A stretch of 64,000 bases of DNA from an uncultured virus (IMG/VR IMGVR_UViG_3300005265_000003) (IMGVR_UViG_3300005265_000003); one strand, 5' to 3'. Shown: positions 26,208 through 36,860, counted from the first letter of the stretch. The notes: generated by a model from the letters alone, not told the origin. Numbers and translations: made by a program.

Positions 26208-28610
26208 TCACCTCAAACATTCCAATTCCTTCTCAAATATTTTCTTCAAGTCTTTTGCATTCATATCCAACATCATCGACAGCTTTCCTAGAAGAACAGA
26301 CCGGACATATTCAAAATAATCAATTTCATAGCCTTCAGGAAATTCACCGAATCTGAATGCTATATAGCCCTTACCACTCTTTAGGTTCTTGACAGGCAGC
26401 ATTAAGAATTTCTCTCCGACATTAATCTCAAAGCCATATTCATTTACGGCATTGAGGACTGCCTTGACATGAGCAGATTTAACTTTATACGCCTGTGGGT
26501 CTTTTCGGAGTGGCTTTGGTATTCCCAAATAGTCTGGTGAATTTTTAGGCAGGTCTTTAAGCTTTTCTAGGACGTATTTGAGGATATCATCCTTAGATTT
26601 GCCATCCAAATACATCTGAATGACATCATGCTCAATATCTCTCACGAAATCAGGAGCATCAGAACGAATGAGGTTCATTCCAGTTATATCCCATTCGCCA
26701 TTTTCCTTGACCATCACGTTTCTAGCAGCCGAATGGACATAACCTTTAACGTAATATTCTTTGAATTCGAATGTCGGGACATACAGATATCCTTTCTCTT
26801 TGCAAATTCTCTCAATTGCCGCATTTGCTATCTGCAAAACTTTCTCCACGTCAGACTTATCATTTACCACAGCATATATCGAATCAGTATGTTTGTAAAT
26901 CACTTTATAGCCTGCATCCTCTAATGCCTTACCAGCGGAATCTAACATGTATCTGACGGTAGATGTTATTGCTTCTGCTACTTCCTCAAAGAATAGTCTC
27001 GAATGTTCATATCCAAATATACCGTGACTGAATGCAGCTGCTTGTGTCTTTAAGGCTCTCTGCATAAGGTCTAATTTCTTTCGCTCTTCTTCTGTCTCTG
27101 CCTCTCTTAATTTCGCCTTCATTTCCTCTCTTGCTTTCATAATTCGTTTTAATGCCTCTACAAATATGCTCCGTTTTCTGTTAAATCTAATGCCATTAGC
27201 AGCAACTATATCACCATTATCATCTCTTGTTTCTATTGATGCATTTAGTGCCAAGACACACGAAGGATATGCTGCCTTCAAATCTATTGCTACGATGTTA
27301 TTATAAACACCTTTCAGTCCAAAAGGCTCAGCTGCTTTATAGCCACCCTTCCGTTTCTTCACGTTCTTTGACGGTAGGACGATATTATGCCGCTTATATT
27401 CATTCAGCATAACAATATCGTTAACGACCGAATGAATCTCTGTGTCTTCTAAGCGAGTCTGCAATAACCAAGCTAAGTTGATATGATATCTGATTGGTCC
27501 ATATTTCTCTTCAATTTCTTCAGGAATGATTACATCAATGCAATTATAATTCATGAGCTCTTCATCATTCAAGTCTCGCACATATTTAGTACTCAGATGC
27601 TTTTGAATACCAACTAGTTCTAAGCCAGCATTCTCCAGTGACCATGACTTAAGCTCTTTGCCGATTATCTTCTTTGTCATCTCCTTCATATCCATGACTG
27701 CCGCTAGTTTATAGGGATTAAGCTGCTCTTCTATCAGGAACATTGGAAGAGTGGGTTTGAGATATCCGTTCAATTCCTTCAAATAACCATAGGTCTTTAA
27801 TGCTGAGATTATAGCCTCAGCTTGGTCTTTGCCACCGACATATTTCATGACATATGCTACGAGTGAGCTGTGCTGGTAGTTCATTTCATAGGCAGTCTTA
27901 AGCACGAATGCAAGATGTTCGAAATACTTAGTTATATGCTCTATATCGAATTTCACATTCCAGCCAGTTATGACATCTGCTTCCAAGAATGCTCGTAAAA
28001 GCTCACATGTCATTTCCCAGATATTAGCTTGCCTGACTGACATGAAGGTTATTTCTTTTTCCCATAATTTGTTTATCGCAAATGAGATGATATCATCTGA
28101 TACCGGATAGTTGGTCTCAACATCAACTATAAGGATGCGTAAATCTAATGGCTCATCTGACTTAAATAGTCCGTTGGTATCTATCAGGAATCTTCTAACA
28201 AATGGAATGTCCGCTTCGAAGAGGTCTTTTCCTTTCTTCAAGCTTAGTTGTCTTAACCGCTTTATCTTTTCCGGTGCACTATTATTCAGCTCAATCTTTC
28301 TGACCCTATTGCCGAATATTGTAGTATATTCGCCATCTGGGTCCTTCGCATAGCAATAAGGTCTGAAGCCACCAACCCTGAGATAGAATTTGCCGCATGT
28401 CTTCCCTCGTCCTATTAGATAGATGATTGGATATCTGTATGATGGCCTGAATTTATACCAGCCAGCATAGATTTGAACTCGCTTATATTTTAGGTCAGCC
28501 TGGAGTGGATACGGTAAATTTCTGTGGTAATATGCTACTCCGTCAACGATGAGTAGGTCTGAATAGGGCGATGGTTCAATAAATTTGGGAAGCTCCATTA
28601 ACTTATACAT
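26208..28610 (-). CDS. polB: Family B DNA polymerase with 3'-5' exonuclease and divergent polymerase motifs
   Basis: Exo DVET, GWNVKFDI and YNCID; motif A DLKAAYPS; motif B KTQAAAFSHGIFG; motif C YKHTDS; GMNLIRSD. Confidence 0.9.
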   Translation of the reverse strand: MYKLMELPKFIEPSPYSDLLIVDGVAYYHRNLPYPLQADLKYKRVQIYAGWYKFRPSYRYPIIYLIGRGKTCGKFYLRVGGFRPYCYAKDPDGEYTTIFGNRVRKIELNNSAPEKIKRLRQLSLKKGKDLFEADIPFVRRFLIDTNGLFKSDEPLDLRILIVDVETNYPVSDDIISFAINKLWEKEITFMSVRQANIWEMTCELLRAFLEADVITGWNVKFDIEHITKYFEHLAFVLKTAYEMNYQHSSLVAYVMKYVGGKDQAEAIISALKTYGYLKELNGYLKPTLPMFLIEEQLNPYKLAAVMDMKEMTKKIIGKELKSWSLENAGLELVGIQKHLSTKYVRDLNDEELMNYNCIDVIIPEEIEEKYGPIRYHINLAWLLQTRLEDTEIHSVVNDIVMLNEYKRHNIVLPSKNVKKRKGGYKAAEPFGLKGVYNNIVAIDLKAAYPSCVLALNASIETRDDNGDIVAANGIRFNRKRSIFVEALKRIMKAREEMKAKLREAETEEERKKLDLMQRALKTQAAAFSHGIFGYEHSRLFFEEVAEAITSTVRYMLDSAGKALEDAGYKVIYKHTDSIYAVVNDKSDVEKVLQIANAAIERICKEKGYLYVPTFEFKEYYVKGYVHSAARNVMVKENGEWDITGMNLIRSDAPDFVRDIEHDVIQMYLDGKSKDDILKYVLEKLKDLPKNSPDYLGIPKPLRKDPQAYKVKSAHVKAVLNAVNEYGFEINVGEKFLMLPVKNLKSGKGYIAFRFGEFPEGYEIDYFEYVRSVLLGKLSMMLDMNAKDLKKIFEKELECLR

Positions 28611-29026
28611 AAGCCCTCAAATACGCTATATCTTTTCCTTTCTCCTCCTTATCTTCTTTCTCTGCTTCTTGCTTAGTCTCTTCATCTGCCTGTTTAATTT
28701 CTGGCGTATTGGATAGATACTGCATGAGGTTATCCAATGCTTCGAGTTTTGCTGCTAGCTCTTCGTTATCCATCATTAGGGACTGTGCAGCAATCATGAA
28801 ACTTCTGAAGTGCACTGCCATTATTGCTACAAGAATTATAAAACATGCTATCGGTAATATATCCATCATAGCCCTCCATCCGATAGGACAGCCGCATATT
28901 CTATCGGCAGATACTTATCACATCTTATTGGCCTTAATTTGCGGACATCCTTGCCGTAATATTCGCTTGCTCCATTTAGGCACTTCTCACCATTGAAATG
29001 AAGACAGTATTCACATGGGAAATCAT

Positions 29027-29923
29027 TCATAATATCACCTCCTTTAAATGCGGATATTTCTCCAACCAAGCATTCCTAACCGACTTATACTTACAATCTT
29101 TCACTATACAATAGCCCAAATCCTGCAAAGTCTTACATGATGGAGGCTTATAGTCTCGTGATGCTATGTGATTTATCTGATAGAGTGTCTTGTGTTCATC
29201 GAAATCTATCCACCCGAATCCCCTTATCTCTTCGAATATCTCCTGAATGCTTTTGCCTTCTGCTAGTCTTAATATCACAAAGGCAAATCTAATGAGCTGT
29301 GGTGGTTCTGGGTCTTCTCTCACTATCACTTCTACACATGGATATTCATGATATACCGCTTGATAATTGCCCTTTATCACTCCATTAGTCGGTATTGTAT
29401 TTGGGACATACTGACTTATATCCAATTCTTTATGACCTCCCTCGTACAAGATTTGACAAAGTCTTCCTTTTCTGTGATAAGTGCCTGGTATGCGGATGAG
29501 CCTTCGCACATCTCCGAATATTTGACTATCACACGTCTCTAGTTTTAGCATCCGTTTTATTGCATTCTGGAATGTGCGTAGTTGGATTTTCGAGTAGTAG
29601 TCTGGCTTTGCCTTAACCAATACATGAAATCCTCTATTCCCGGTATACGTCAGACACGTCATATAATCCTGCTTTATAAAGAATTCGTAAGTCTTTAATG
29701 CGTCCTCATAGGCAGTCTTCAAATCTCCATCGAAGTCAAATGGAATAAATAGCAAGATTGGTATGCCATCCTTGAATGTTGATATAGTGATGCCACAATC
29801 ATCCAGCCCTGCCCAAGTTTCTATTAACGCCTTCACTTGATCTTTATTAAAGACTCGAATTTGCTTCCAATGTCCAAAGAATCGATAGCCGCCCAAGAAT
29901 TCATTAATTAGTATTTCACCCAT
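29027..29923 (-). CDS. Archaeo-eukaryotic primase, PriS catalytic domain fused to a PriL-like Fe-S C-terminal domain
   Basis: FDFD, YTGNRGFHV and RRLIRIPGT; C-terminal YPCV...PPSCKTL...GYC...C; likely start at ATG 29923. Confidence 0.85.
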   Translation of the reverse strand: MGEILINEFLGGYRFFGHWKQIRVFNKDQVKALIETWAGLDDCGITISTFKDGIPILLFIPFDFDGDLKTAYEDALKTYEFFIKQDYMTCLTYTGNRGFHVLVKAKPDYYSKIQLRTFQNAIKRMLKLETCDSQIFGDVRRLIRIPGTYHRKGRLCQILYEGGHKELDISQYVPNTIPTNGVIKGNYQAVYHEYPCVEVIVREDPEPPQLIRFAFVILRLAEGKSIQEIFEEIRGFGWIDFDEHKTLYQINHIASRDYKPPSCKTLQDLGYCIVKDCKYKSVRNAWLEKYPHLKEVIL

Positions 29924-30443
29924 TCGTGGCATGTGTTTGTGGCACTTCATTACCCCAAACATCCCAGCCAGGTCTGAGCCTTCTTGCAAACATCTCCAGA
30001 TACGGTCCAGGTGAGACCGTTTCTATAATATCATAAATTTCATCTGGCTTTCGGCTGTGTTCTCGACGTTTAGCGTTGATGACTGTGGAGATATTCCTTA
30101 CTTTGGGTGGCAATCTGCCTTTTACAGCAAACAAGCAGAGTTCGTGCTGTCCTCTGAAATATTGACCTAATCCAAAGCGGTCTTTTACCCAAACTAGATT
30201 GGTGATATACCGAAAGCCTAAGGCATCTATTAGTTTCAGCCCATCAATTAGATGGTTATTTGTCACCCATAGATACAAATGACATCCATTCGGGTCAGGC
30301 CTGAAGACACCCGACTTGTGAATAACTTCGATAATTTCGTGTAATTTAAGAAGTGGATAGTGCCTGTCCGCTCCACGTCTTATTCGCCCTCCGCCTATCT
30401 CATACCATGGTGGGTCCATTAGTATTGCTTTATAGTATTTCAT
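29916..30443 (-). CDS. MT-A70 family N6-adenine methyltransferase
   Basis: DPPW, LYLWVTN, HSRKP and YLEMFAR...GWDVWGNE. Confidence 0.9.
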   Translation of the reverse strand: MKYYKAILMDPPWYEIGGGRIRRGADRHYPLLKLHEIIEVIHKSGVFRPDPNGCHLYLWVTNNHLIDGLKLIDALGFRYITNLVWVKDRFGLGQYFRGQHELCLFAVKGRLPPKVRNISTVINAKRREHSRKPDEIYDIIETVSPGPYLEMFARRLRPGWDVWGNEVPQTHATNG

Positions 30444-30861
30444 ATAGCCACCACCATATCAAGAATGCGATGGCTAAGCCTATGCCATAAATCACATAAT
30501 GCCATTTTATGTATTTATCTAATGGCCAGATGTATAGATACTTCCATTCAAAGACTGAGTAGATTAGATTGACTATCGTCAACGCCAGATATGGGAAAAA
30601 GAAGGATGTAGCATGAGTTAGGTAGGCTATGACTGTAATTGGTAGCAATAAGAGACTAGTGTATAGACCACCTGCTAATGCAAACATGTTCTGGTCAATC
30701 AGCGGAAATGCGACTGCTCTAAAGGATGGTATAGGTTTCCAGCTGACTTCGATATAATATTCCTCAGCTCCTTGCCTATACGCCTCTAGAAGATGGCAGA
30801 ATTCATGCAAGAGAAATCCCTGAAGCCACACAAGTATAAAGATATAGATGACATCAATCAT
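30430..30861 (-). CDS. Membrane protein with an HExxH motif (M50-like intramembrane metallopeptidase)
   Basis: LLHEFCH within a hydrophobic helix; ALAGG motif; several TM segments. Confidence 0.55.
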   Translation of the reverse strand: MIDVIYIFILVWLQGFLLHEFCHLLEAYRQGAEEYYIEVSWKPIPSFRAVAFPLIDQNMFALAGGLYTSLLLLPITVIAYLTHATSFFFPYLALTIVNLIYSVFEWKYLYIWPLDKYIKWHYVIYGIGLAIAFLIWWWLYEIL

Positions 30862-31523
30862 ATGCTTCTTCTCACCTCCTTCACATAATCCTTCAAGCGA
30901 TGGTATAGCTCTTCAAGAATTATCACATCCTTCTTATTGTGGTCAAGAACGTATTTGAGTGCCTTCTTATCGCCGGTCAATGCCTTTACCCATTGTGTCC
31001 CGTCTAAGTGTGTCTTGCCTTTTATGCCAAGAAGTCTGCAAGCATCTTCAAGTCTATTTCGATGGATGCGTAGCCTATTCTTGACCATATAGTACACATC
31101 TTTGTGTTTAATATAGCCGTATAATGGGAAGTCTATGCCCCAATGAAGTGCTCTTGAGCGAAGGAAAGGAATATCGAAGCGAGTACCGTTGTAAGTGACT
31201 ATCTCATCGAATTTCATCATGTCCTTTACACAATCTGCTACCAATCGTTTGTCGAGGGTTCCATTTGTCAATTCTTCTTTTGTTATTACTCCGTGATATA
31301 TTTTCCGCTTGCCTTCTACTTTTATTGCATATGATAGAACTATACCGAAGTCTGCATGTAAATTAGAGACTTCGATATCTAAGAAACCCCGCTTTGGTTC
31401 CTTACCTAACTCCTTCAGAAAACATGCTGGGTGTTCATAATAGTAATGATGATGCTTGCACCGTCCTGTTAGAAATATCAGCAATTCGTCTTTCTTTAAA
31501 TTGAAAGGATTAACAGCTGCCAT
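30858..31523 (-). CDS. RNase H-like DEDD exonuclease (YprB/RNase_H_2 type)
   Basis: FLDIE, TYNGTRFDIPFL and HNKKDV. Confidence 0.85.
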   Translation of the reverse strand: MAAVNPFNLKKDELLIFLTGRCKHHHYYYEHPACFLKELGKEPKRGFLDIEVSNLHADFGIVLSYAIKVEGKRKIYHGVITKEELTNGTLDKRLVADCVKDMMKFDEIVTYNGTRFDIPFLRSRALHWGIDFPLYGYIKHKDVYYMVKNRLRIHRNRLEDACRLLGIKGKTHLDGTQWVKALTGDKKALKYVLDHNKKDVIILEELYHRLKDYVKEVRRSI

Positions 31524-31538
31524 ACATATCCATCCACA

Positions 31539-31826
31539 TTAGTCTTCAATTTTATAAGCCCAGATGTATCCTTTACCTTCACACATCGTGCATATTATCT
31601 TTCTGTCATTCTTATATTCATATGCAAAGCCTCTGCATGATGGACATACCACCTTGACAGTTGAAGGGTCTAATTTCATTTCTTCCTCTTCAAGCCTATC
31701 TCGTAGTTGTTCAAGCTTCTCAATCTCAGCACCTAAACGCCCTATCTCGATATCAAGCCATTTCTTTGCATTCTCGATATCATTATGAGGACAGCCCACT
31801 TTCTCTAACTCTTTCCATAAATCCAT
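31539..31826 (-). CDS. Coiled-coil plus CxxCxG zinc-finger protein
   Basis: CPSCRG...CTMCEGKG. Confidence 0.55.
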   Translation of the reverse strand: MDLWKELEKVGCPHNDIENAKKWLDIEIGRLGAEIEKLEQLRDRLEEEEMKLDPSTVKVVCPSCRGFAYEYKNDRKIICTMCEGKGYIWAYKIED

Positions 31827-32471
31827 TTATTCACCTCCATACTCCTCTTGAAGTATCTTGACTATAGTTTGTGCTAATTTCTTTCCAATGCCCTCAACAC
31901 TGGTCAGTTCATCCTCTTTTGCTCCTGCTATTTTCTGTATTGTCTTGAAGTGATGCAGTAGGGCTTTCGCTTTAACAATTGATATTCCAGGAATTTGTGC
32001 AAGAACATCTTCTCTTACTTCATCAAATGATGCTGCTTGCCTCATTTTCTTTACAGGCCTGGATGTCGGCTTAGCAGTTATCTTCTTCCATAAGGCTTCA
32101 ATAAAATCGATAGTGTCATATTTTGAGTCTACTGTTATGACTGGTATGGAGAATGAGTATGCCAGTGCTGAGATAGCTGAATAGTAAATTTTGTGTGGAT
32201 ATTTCGCATTACTGAAATAAAAGTTCTTCCACTTGTCCTGAGTTTCTATGACTATCATCGGATTGTCATATTGAGTCAGATTCTTAGCTTGTATCCATAT
32301 CCGACCATCTATAATGGAGCCAAGGAAATCGCTTATTGTCTTACGTTCTATTACAGTGCTATCTGGAAGTAAATAATCGCCTATATCAAGCTGCTCTCTC
32401 TTTACCTCGATATGTCTGCTCTTCAACATAGAGGAATAGAAGTTTGGCTCTCTCTTATCGACTATTATCAT
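31827..32471 (-). CDS. XPF/ERCC4 (Hef-like) structure-specific nuclease with HhH motifs
   Basis: VDKRE, GDY, IERKTISDF; IPGIS and VEGIGKK helix-hairpin-helix motifs. Confidence 0.9.
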   Translation of the reverse strand: MIIVDKREPNFYSSMLKSRHIEVKREQLDIGDYLLPDSTVIERKTISDFLGSIIDGRIWIQAKNLTQYDNPMIVIETQDKWKNFYFSNAKYPHKIYYSAISALAYSFSIPVITVDSKYDTIDFIEALWKKITAKPTSRPVKKMRQAASFDEVREDVLAQIPGISIVKAKALLHHFKTIQKIAGAKEDELTSVEGIGKKLAQTIVKILQEEYGGE

Positions 32472-33032
32472 TATCCAACCTCATAAGTGACCTAGAACAG
32501 CATAAAACAGCCATTCACTCAGGAACTTTTTCAATCGACGTGGTTTAACATATTGTGTGAAGATGGTCTCCAAATCGCTTGTATCTGGATTTGTGATTAG
32601 GATAGTGGCGTATTTAGTATCTGGATAGTAAAGCATCAAGAAATTCTGCTTGGCGAATATGAAAGTATGAGGACCATGTTCTGGGTTGTGTTCAGTGAGA
32701 GAGGCATTCCACTTGTTAGCCAGATTATTTAATAGCCGTTTCACATTCATGCCTTTCCCTTCACAGCTCATACATTTTTACAGCTTTTATGATTTGGAAG
32801 AGGAGTTCCTTCAGTCTTTCTTCTGTTATGTTCCACGACTTCTTTACAAGTAATTCTCTTAGGTTATCTGGGTACATTCTGTAAATAGTCAGACGCTGAT
32901 TTTTCAACGAATAGGCCAAATCGAGTATTACAGAATCCGATTTATAATTAAATATCAATGTATCGTTTAGCACTGCCGCTTTACCGCCTTTAGCTCTCCA
33001 CCATTCAAGAGTTTCATAGACCTCATAGATGT

Positions 33033-34082
33033 TCATAAATCACAGAAGCCATAATCACGCTTTAATCTTACGTTATACATCTTACCATCTGCTACGATAT
33101 ATGGATGCCTGATTAATCTGACTCTTCGTGCCTCCTCTTCAAATCCCTGGTAGTATTTTCTCTTCAGTTCGGATGTGGATGGCAATATCTGAATTGCATA
33201 TTTAGAGTTGTATAGGACTGGTTGTCCTCCATAAATCTTACCGAGGTCTTTTCCGAATGGCATAACTGGATTTAAGGACGTATGGTGATTTACTACAATC
33301 AGCATATTGTATGTCTTCGCTATCTGATAAAGCCTACCATAAAGTCTTTGAACTATTGCAGCTCTTGCTGGTAGATTTTGAGTCTCTGAGCCTACTGATT
33401 CCTTAATTGGAGTGGTGATTGAATCAAGTAACATAAAGGATGAATTTTGCAATACCTTCTCATCTAATCCAAGTTTAGTCTGAGCAAAATCAACAGAGAA
33501 TTTTCCGCCTTTACTGAGTGATAAGCCGAGGTCATATCCAAGTAACTTCATTAACTTTTGAATGCCATATTCTTTAGTGTCACCTATCGGCTGATAGAAT
33601 TTTATCTTTGCCTTAAGCGTATTTTTGTCCACTCCATATCGCTTACCAAACTTCTCAAGAATCACAAATTGGTCATCAAGGGACTCACCCTCAGTTTCTA
33701 TTATGATGGAGTTCTTACCGGTCTTTTTGATATTAGCAACAGCAAGTTGCAAGCCTAATTTAGTCTTACCGATGTTAGGCTCTGCTGTTACTGATACCAC
33801 CATCCCATAAGGGAAGCCACCACCTAAGAGAGTGTCGATAGTGACACATTCACTTTTCAACACATCCATATTCTCTAACCTCCTCAAACCAGACAGATTT
33901 ACATTCTCAAGAACAAACCTAATATGCTTGCACTGTTCCTTTTTATAGACCCATCTTGGACAGTCACACCATGTTTTTAGAGTTTCACCATCGATACACA
34001 CCATATAACAATTGTTAGAATCTGATAACACTTCAATCCTAGCAATTCCATCATTATCGAAAGATGCATTCAGTATCTTCAT
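33033..34082 (-). CDS. SWIM zinc finger fused to a RadA/RadB-like RecA-fold ATPase
   Basis: WCDCPRW...CKH (SWIM); IDTLLGGG; AEPNIGKT (Walker A); IETEG; LLDSI (Walker B). Confidence 0.8.
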   Translation of the reverse strand: MKILNASFDNDGIARIEVLSDSNNCYMVCIDGETLKTWCDCPRWVYKKEQCKHIRFVLENVNLSGLRRLENMDVLKSECVTIDTLLGGGFPYGMVVSVTAEPNIGKTKLGLQLAVANIKKTGKNSIIIETEGESLDDQFVILEKFGKRYGVDKNTLKAKIKFYQPIGDTKEYGIQKLMKLLGYDLGLSLSKGGKFSVDFAQTKLGLDEKVLQNSSFMLLDSITTPIKESVGSETQNLPARAAIVQRLYGRLYQIAKTYNMLIVVNHHTSLNPVMPFGKDLGKIYGGQPVLYNSKYAIQILPSTSELKRKYYQGFEEEARRVRLIRHPYIVADGKMYNVRLKRDYGFCDL

Positions 34083-34981
34083 ATTAGCTTAGCCAGTTCA
34101 TCTATAAAGGCATATGGATTGTGCTTGATTCGTCCACCCATAAATCCAGGATGCCCATCGATTTCGATATAAGGCAGTTTCTCAAGCTTCTGTTTGATGT
34201 ATAATGCTAAGTCACCTCTGACTGATAGAGAGCCATCCTTCCTATTTATCGCCATAATTGTGGAGCCATATGTGTCCTTTGATGCCTCGACTACAGATGC
34301 GATATATCCAGTTAGCTTATAATCCGACTCGAAGATGACTATATGGACGTCTTTAAGATTGATTATATCGCATGAGGACATTATCCTCTTCACTTCATCT
34401 CGCACTTTATTTCTTGCTTCCTGTGCTATCTCCGAGTGATAGATATCCAGAGGTCGTTCAGCAAATCTTAACAAATTTATTGCGTTTTCGAAGTCACCAA
34501 TCCTTATCACTGAATTTATAAGAGACGACAGGAGTTTGTAGAGCGGATAGTAAGCTAATTGCCATGAGCCATAGGAATGAAAGGCATAGGTTTTTACTTT
34601 ATAGAGGAGCTGTGGTTCTGTCTCGAATATTTCTGCATCGAGTAATTCAAGCTGATTATCACCGCCCAGTCCTATTGCAAGCTTCCAATACTGCGATTTT
34701 GGAATGTACTCCTTAAAGTGATTAAAAGCGATATAGGAGGCAGGATATACATCCCATATTAGATAATAATTGCGATTGTCTGGATGCCCAGGATGGTGGT
34801 CAATAACGAGACCCTCTATGCTTGGGTCATCAGGTCTCATATCGACCATTATGTCTCCACTCTCCCAACCACTGGTATCACCAAACTCTTTCTTCATCAC
34901 TATCTCATATTCTGGATTTCCAAACCATGCGAAGAGGGCTGATGTCACTCCATCTGCATCGTTATGACAGTGTATCTTCAT
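34079..34981 (-). CDS. DHH-family phosphoesterase (RecJ/GAN-like)
   Basis: HNDADG, VD, IDHH, SVRG and DGHPGFMGG. Confidence 0.85.
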   Translation of the reverse strand: MKIHCHNDADGVTSALFAWFGNPEYEIVMKKEFGDTSGWESGDIMVDMRPDDPSIEGLVIDHHPGHPDNRNYYLIWDVYPASYIAFNHFKEYIPKSQYWKLAIGLGGDNQLELLDAEIFETEPQLLYKVKTYAFHSYGSWQLAYYPLYKLLSSLINSVIRIGDFENAINLLRFAERPLDIYHSEIAQEARNKVRDEVKRIMSSCDIINLKDVHIVIFESDYKLTGYIASVVEASKDTYGSTIMAINRKDGSLSVRGDLALYIKQKLEKLPYIEIDGHPGFMGGRIKHNPYAFIDELAKLI

Positions 34982-35595
34982 GCCTTCACCAAGTTATTTT
35001 CTAATTTTATTACTCCATCTTGAACGAGTCTATCGAATACCTCTTCAACCTGCTCCCGCTTAATGTCTGCATATCCCGTCATATTGGCTTTAATGACAAC
35101 TCCGCTAATGAACTCTTCTTTACTAACGCCCTTCTCCAGATACTGTGGCATATCTGATTTTATGGACTGTATAGTTGCTTTAATCTTTTCGTATGTATCA
35201 TCAGATTTTGTTTGTGTCTCTCCTTCTCTACCGACATACTCAACAAAATATCCATTGCCTTCTCGCTTTATCCTCCATACAGTTCCTGCTATCTCATCGG
35301 GCTTGAAGCCATTTTTGATACACTGGTCTAATATCTGAATCAGCAATCCAGACCTTTCTCCGCCTAAGCTCAGTATATGGGCTACACCATTATATTCTAC
35401 TTTTGCTTCGTGCTTTGTCCATGGGTTGTCTGGATTCCAAGTAAATCCCGCCATATCCACTTCGCCTGGCTCTATTGCTTCTATTGGACTCAAGAATTTC
35501 ACTTCCACTATGCCATGCTCTTCCCTTATTATCAAACGCCTTGGGTTCTCCTCCAGTATTTTCTTTGCGTCCTCAAATGTTAGGATTTTTCCCAC
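34978..35595 (-). CDS. Hypothetical replication protein, possibly an OB-fold SSB with a C-terminal winged helix
   Basis: Position at the head of the replication cluster; C-terminal EQVEEVFDRLVQDGVI wHTH-like pattern. Confidence 0.35.
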   Translation of the reverse strand: MGKILTFEDAKKILEENPRRLIIREEHGIVEVKFLSPIEAIEPGEVDMAGFTWNPDNPWTKHEAKVEYNGVAHILSLGGERSGLLIQILDQCIKNGFKPDEIAGTVWRIKREGNGYFVEYVGREGETQTKSDDTYEKIKATIQSIKSDMPQYLEKGVSKEEFISGVVIKANMTGYADIKREQVEEVFDRLVQDGVIKLENNLVKA

Positions 35596-36016
35596 TATAT
35601 CACCTCCCTACATTTTAGAGAAGCATTCTAAACATACCGGCTTTCCATCAATTAATACGTATTCGCCTTCAATCTCCTGCTTACAAATATAGCATTTCAT
35701 CATACATACCTCTCTGTTTGCTTATTATTAACGCATACATTCTGTTCCTCCTCTGATGAAATTGTTTTAACCATCCTGAGTATCTCATGACGAGTCACGC
35801 TTGAACCGAGATTATCCCATGATAGGACTGATACAATACCATCAAAACTGTAGGTGTATTCGAATATCTGGATTTTAAGTCCAAAGTATGCACCGTCGTA
35901 TCCTGCCTTCTCAAGCTCTTTATAGAATGACTGCACTGCCTTATATAGAGCTCGATTTATGACCTTCGGAAGCTCTTTATCCTCACCATCATAAACCATT
36001 ACATCACCTCTTCAAT

Positions 36017-36481
36017 TTATGCCTCTTTATGCAACCTTACTTCCTTCGGATGCTTCCAGTAAACAGCATCTGCAAACTCCTCAACCCGCTCTTTCTCCTT
36101 AAAGAACGCTTTCTTGGATATGCCGAAGATATCGAGTAGCTCATTAAGCTCATAATGACAGTCATGATAGTCCAATACTTCTGCCACTACCGCCGTTGCT
36201 ATTAATTCCACACTCCGCTTTGAATGTTTCTTTTTATAGACTGTCTCTTCTGTATAGAATTTAGCCAGCTCCTTTGCATCAGCCTTGATTATCGGTTGTT
36301 TGTTATAACCAAGACTGTCAATCAGGATGTCTATATTGATGTCCAGGTCTGATTGTTCTTCTCGTTCTGCTCTATGCTTAGCGTATAAGGATGTAAGGAT
36401 TTTCAGAGCGAGTCTATGCTCATTTATAAGACGTGCAATTTCTTCAATGGTGAGACCCTCATAGTCCTCTCGCCTTATCAT
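36017..36481 (-). CDS. Protein with a TFB/TFIIB cyclin-repeat-like C-terminal domain
   Basis: KRSVELIATAVV...YELNELLDIFGISKK resembles the TFB repeat consensus GRSxxxxAAAxxY...RTLxEIxxxxxVSKK. Confidence 0.45.
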   Translation of the reverse strand: MIRREDYEGLTIEEIARLINEHRLALKILTSLYAKHRAEREEQSDLDINIDILIDSLGYNKQPIIKADAKELAKFYTEETVYKKKHSKRSVELIATAVVAEVLDYHDCHYELNELLDIFGISKKAFFKEKERVEEFADAVYWKHPKEVRLHKEA

Positions 36482-36846
36482 TCTATCCGCCTTAATATAA
36501 TATCATCACATCCCTCCAAAACTACGTATTTCTCCTGTTTACCATCTGGTGTTGTTATGACCAGATAGTCGCCATTGAAATACACATCTGTTTCCTTCTG
36601 CTTTAGCTTGCTTCTGAGTTTAAGCTCAGTGGCTATCATTTTCAGTCTCTGTTGCAATCGCTTATATTCCTGTGCACACTCCAACTGATTCAGATTATGC
36701 TCCTTACGGTATCGATACAGCTCTTTCTGATACTTGGATTTCAGGAATCTCAGGGAGTTCTCATCTAACGCCTGCACCAACTTGCTAAACTGATATTGAA
36801 TGTCCATTCTCCTTCCTCCAATTATTATTCTAATAGGACAGTAAAG

Positions 36847-36860
36847 CATATAAACTTTTC
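36847..36860 (-). promoter_or_regulatory. BRE-TATA promoter inside the small-gene cluster
   Basis: Minus strand GAAAAGTTTATATG upstream of GGAGG and the MDIQYQF start. Confidence 0.55.

Noticed and set aside
18427..28610. Inteins in NrdJ or PolB (also checked in TerL)
   Set aside because: Protein lengths are ordinary and no C/S...HN-C/S/T splice junctions or LAGLIDADG blocks were seen
29916..30443. Restriction-modification system
   Set aside because: The MT-A70 methyltransferase is an orphan with no adjacent restriction endonuclease; such genes are common in viruses
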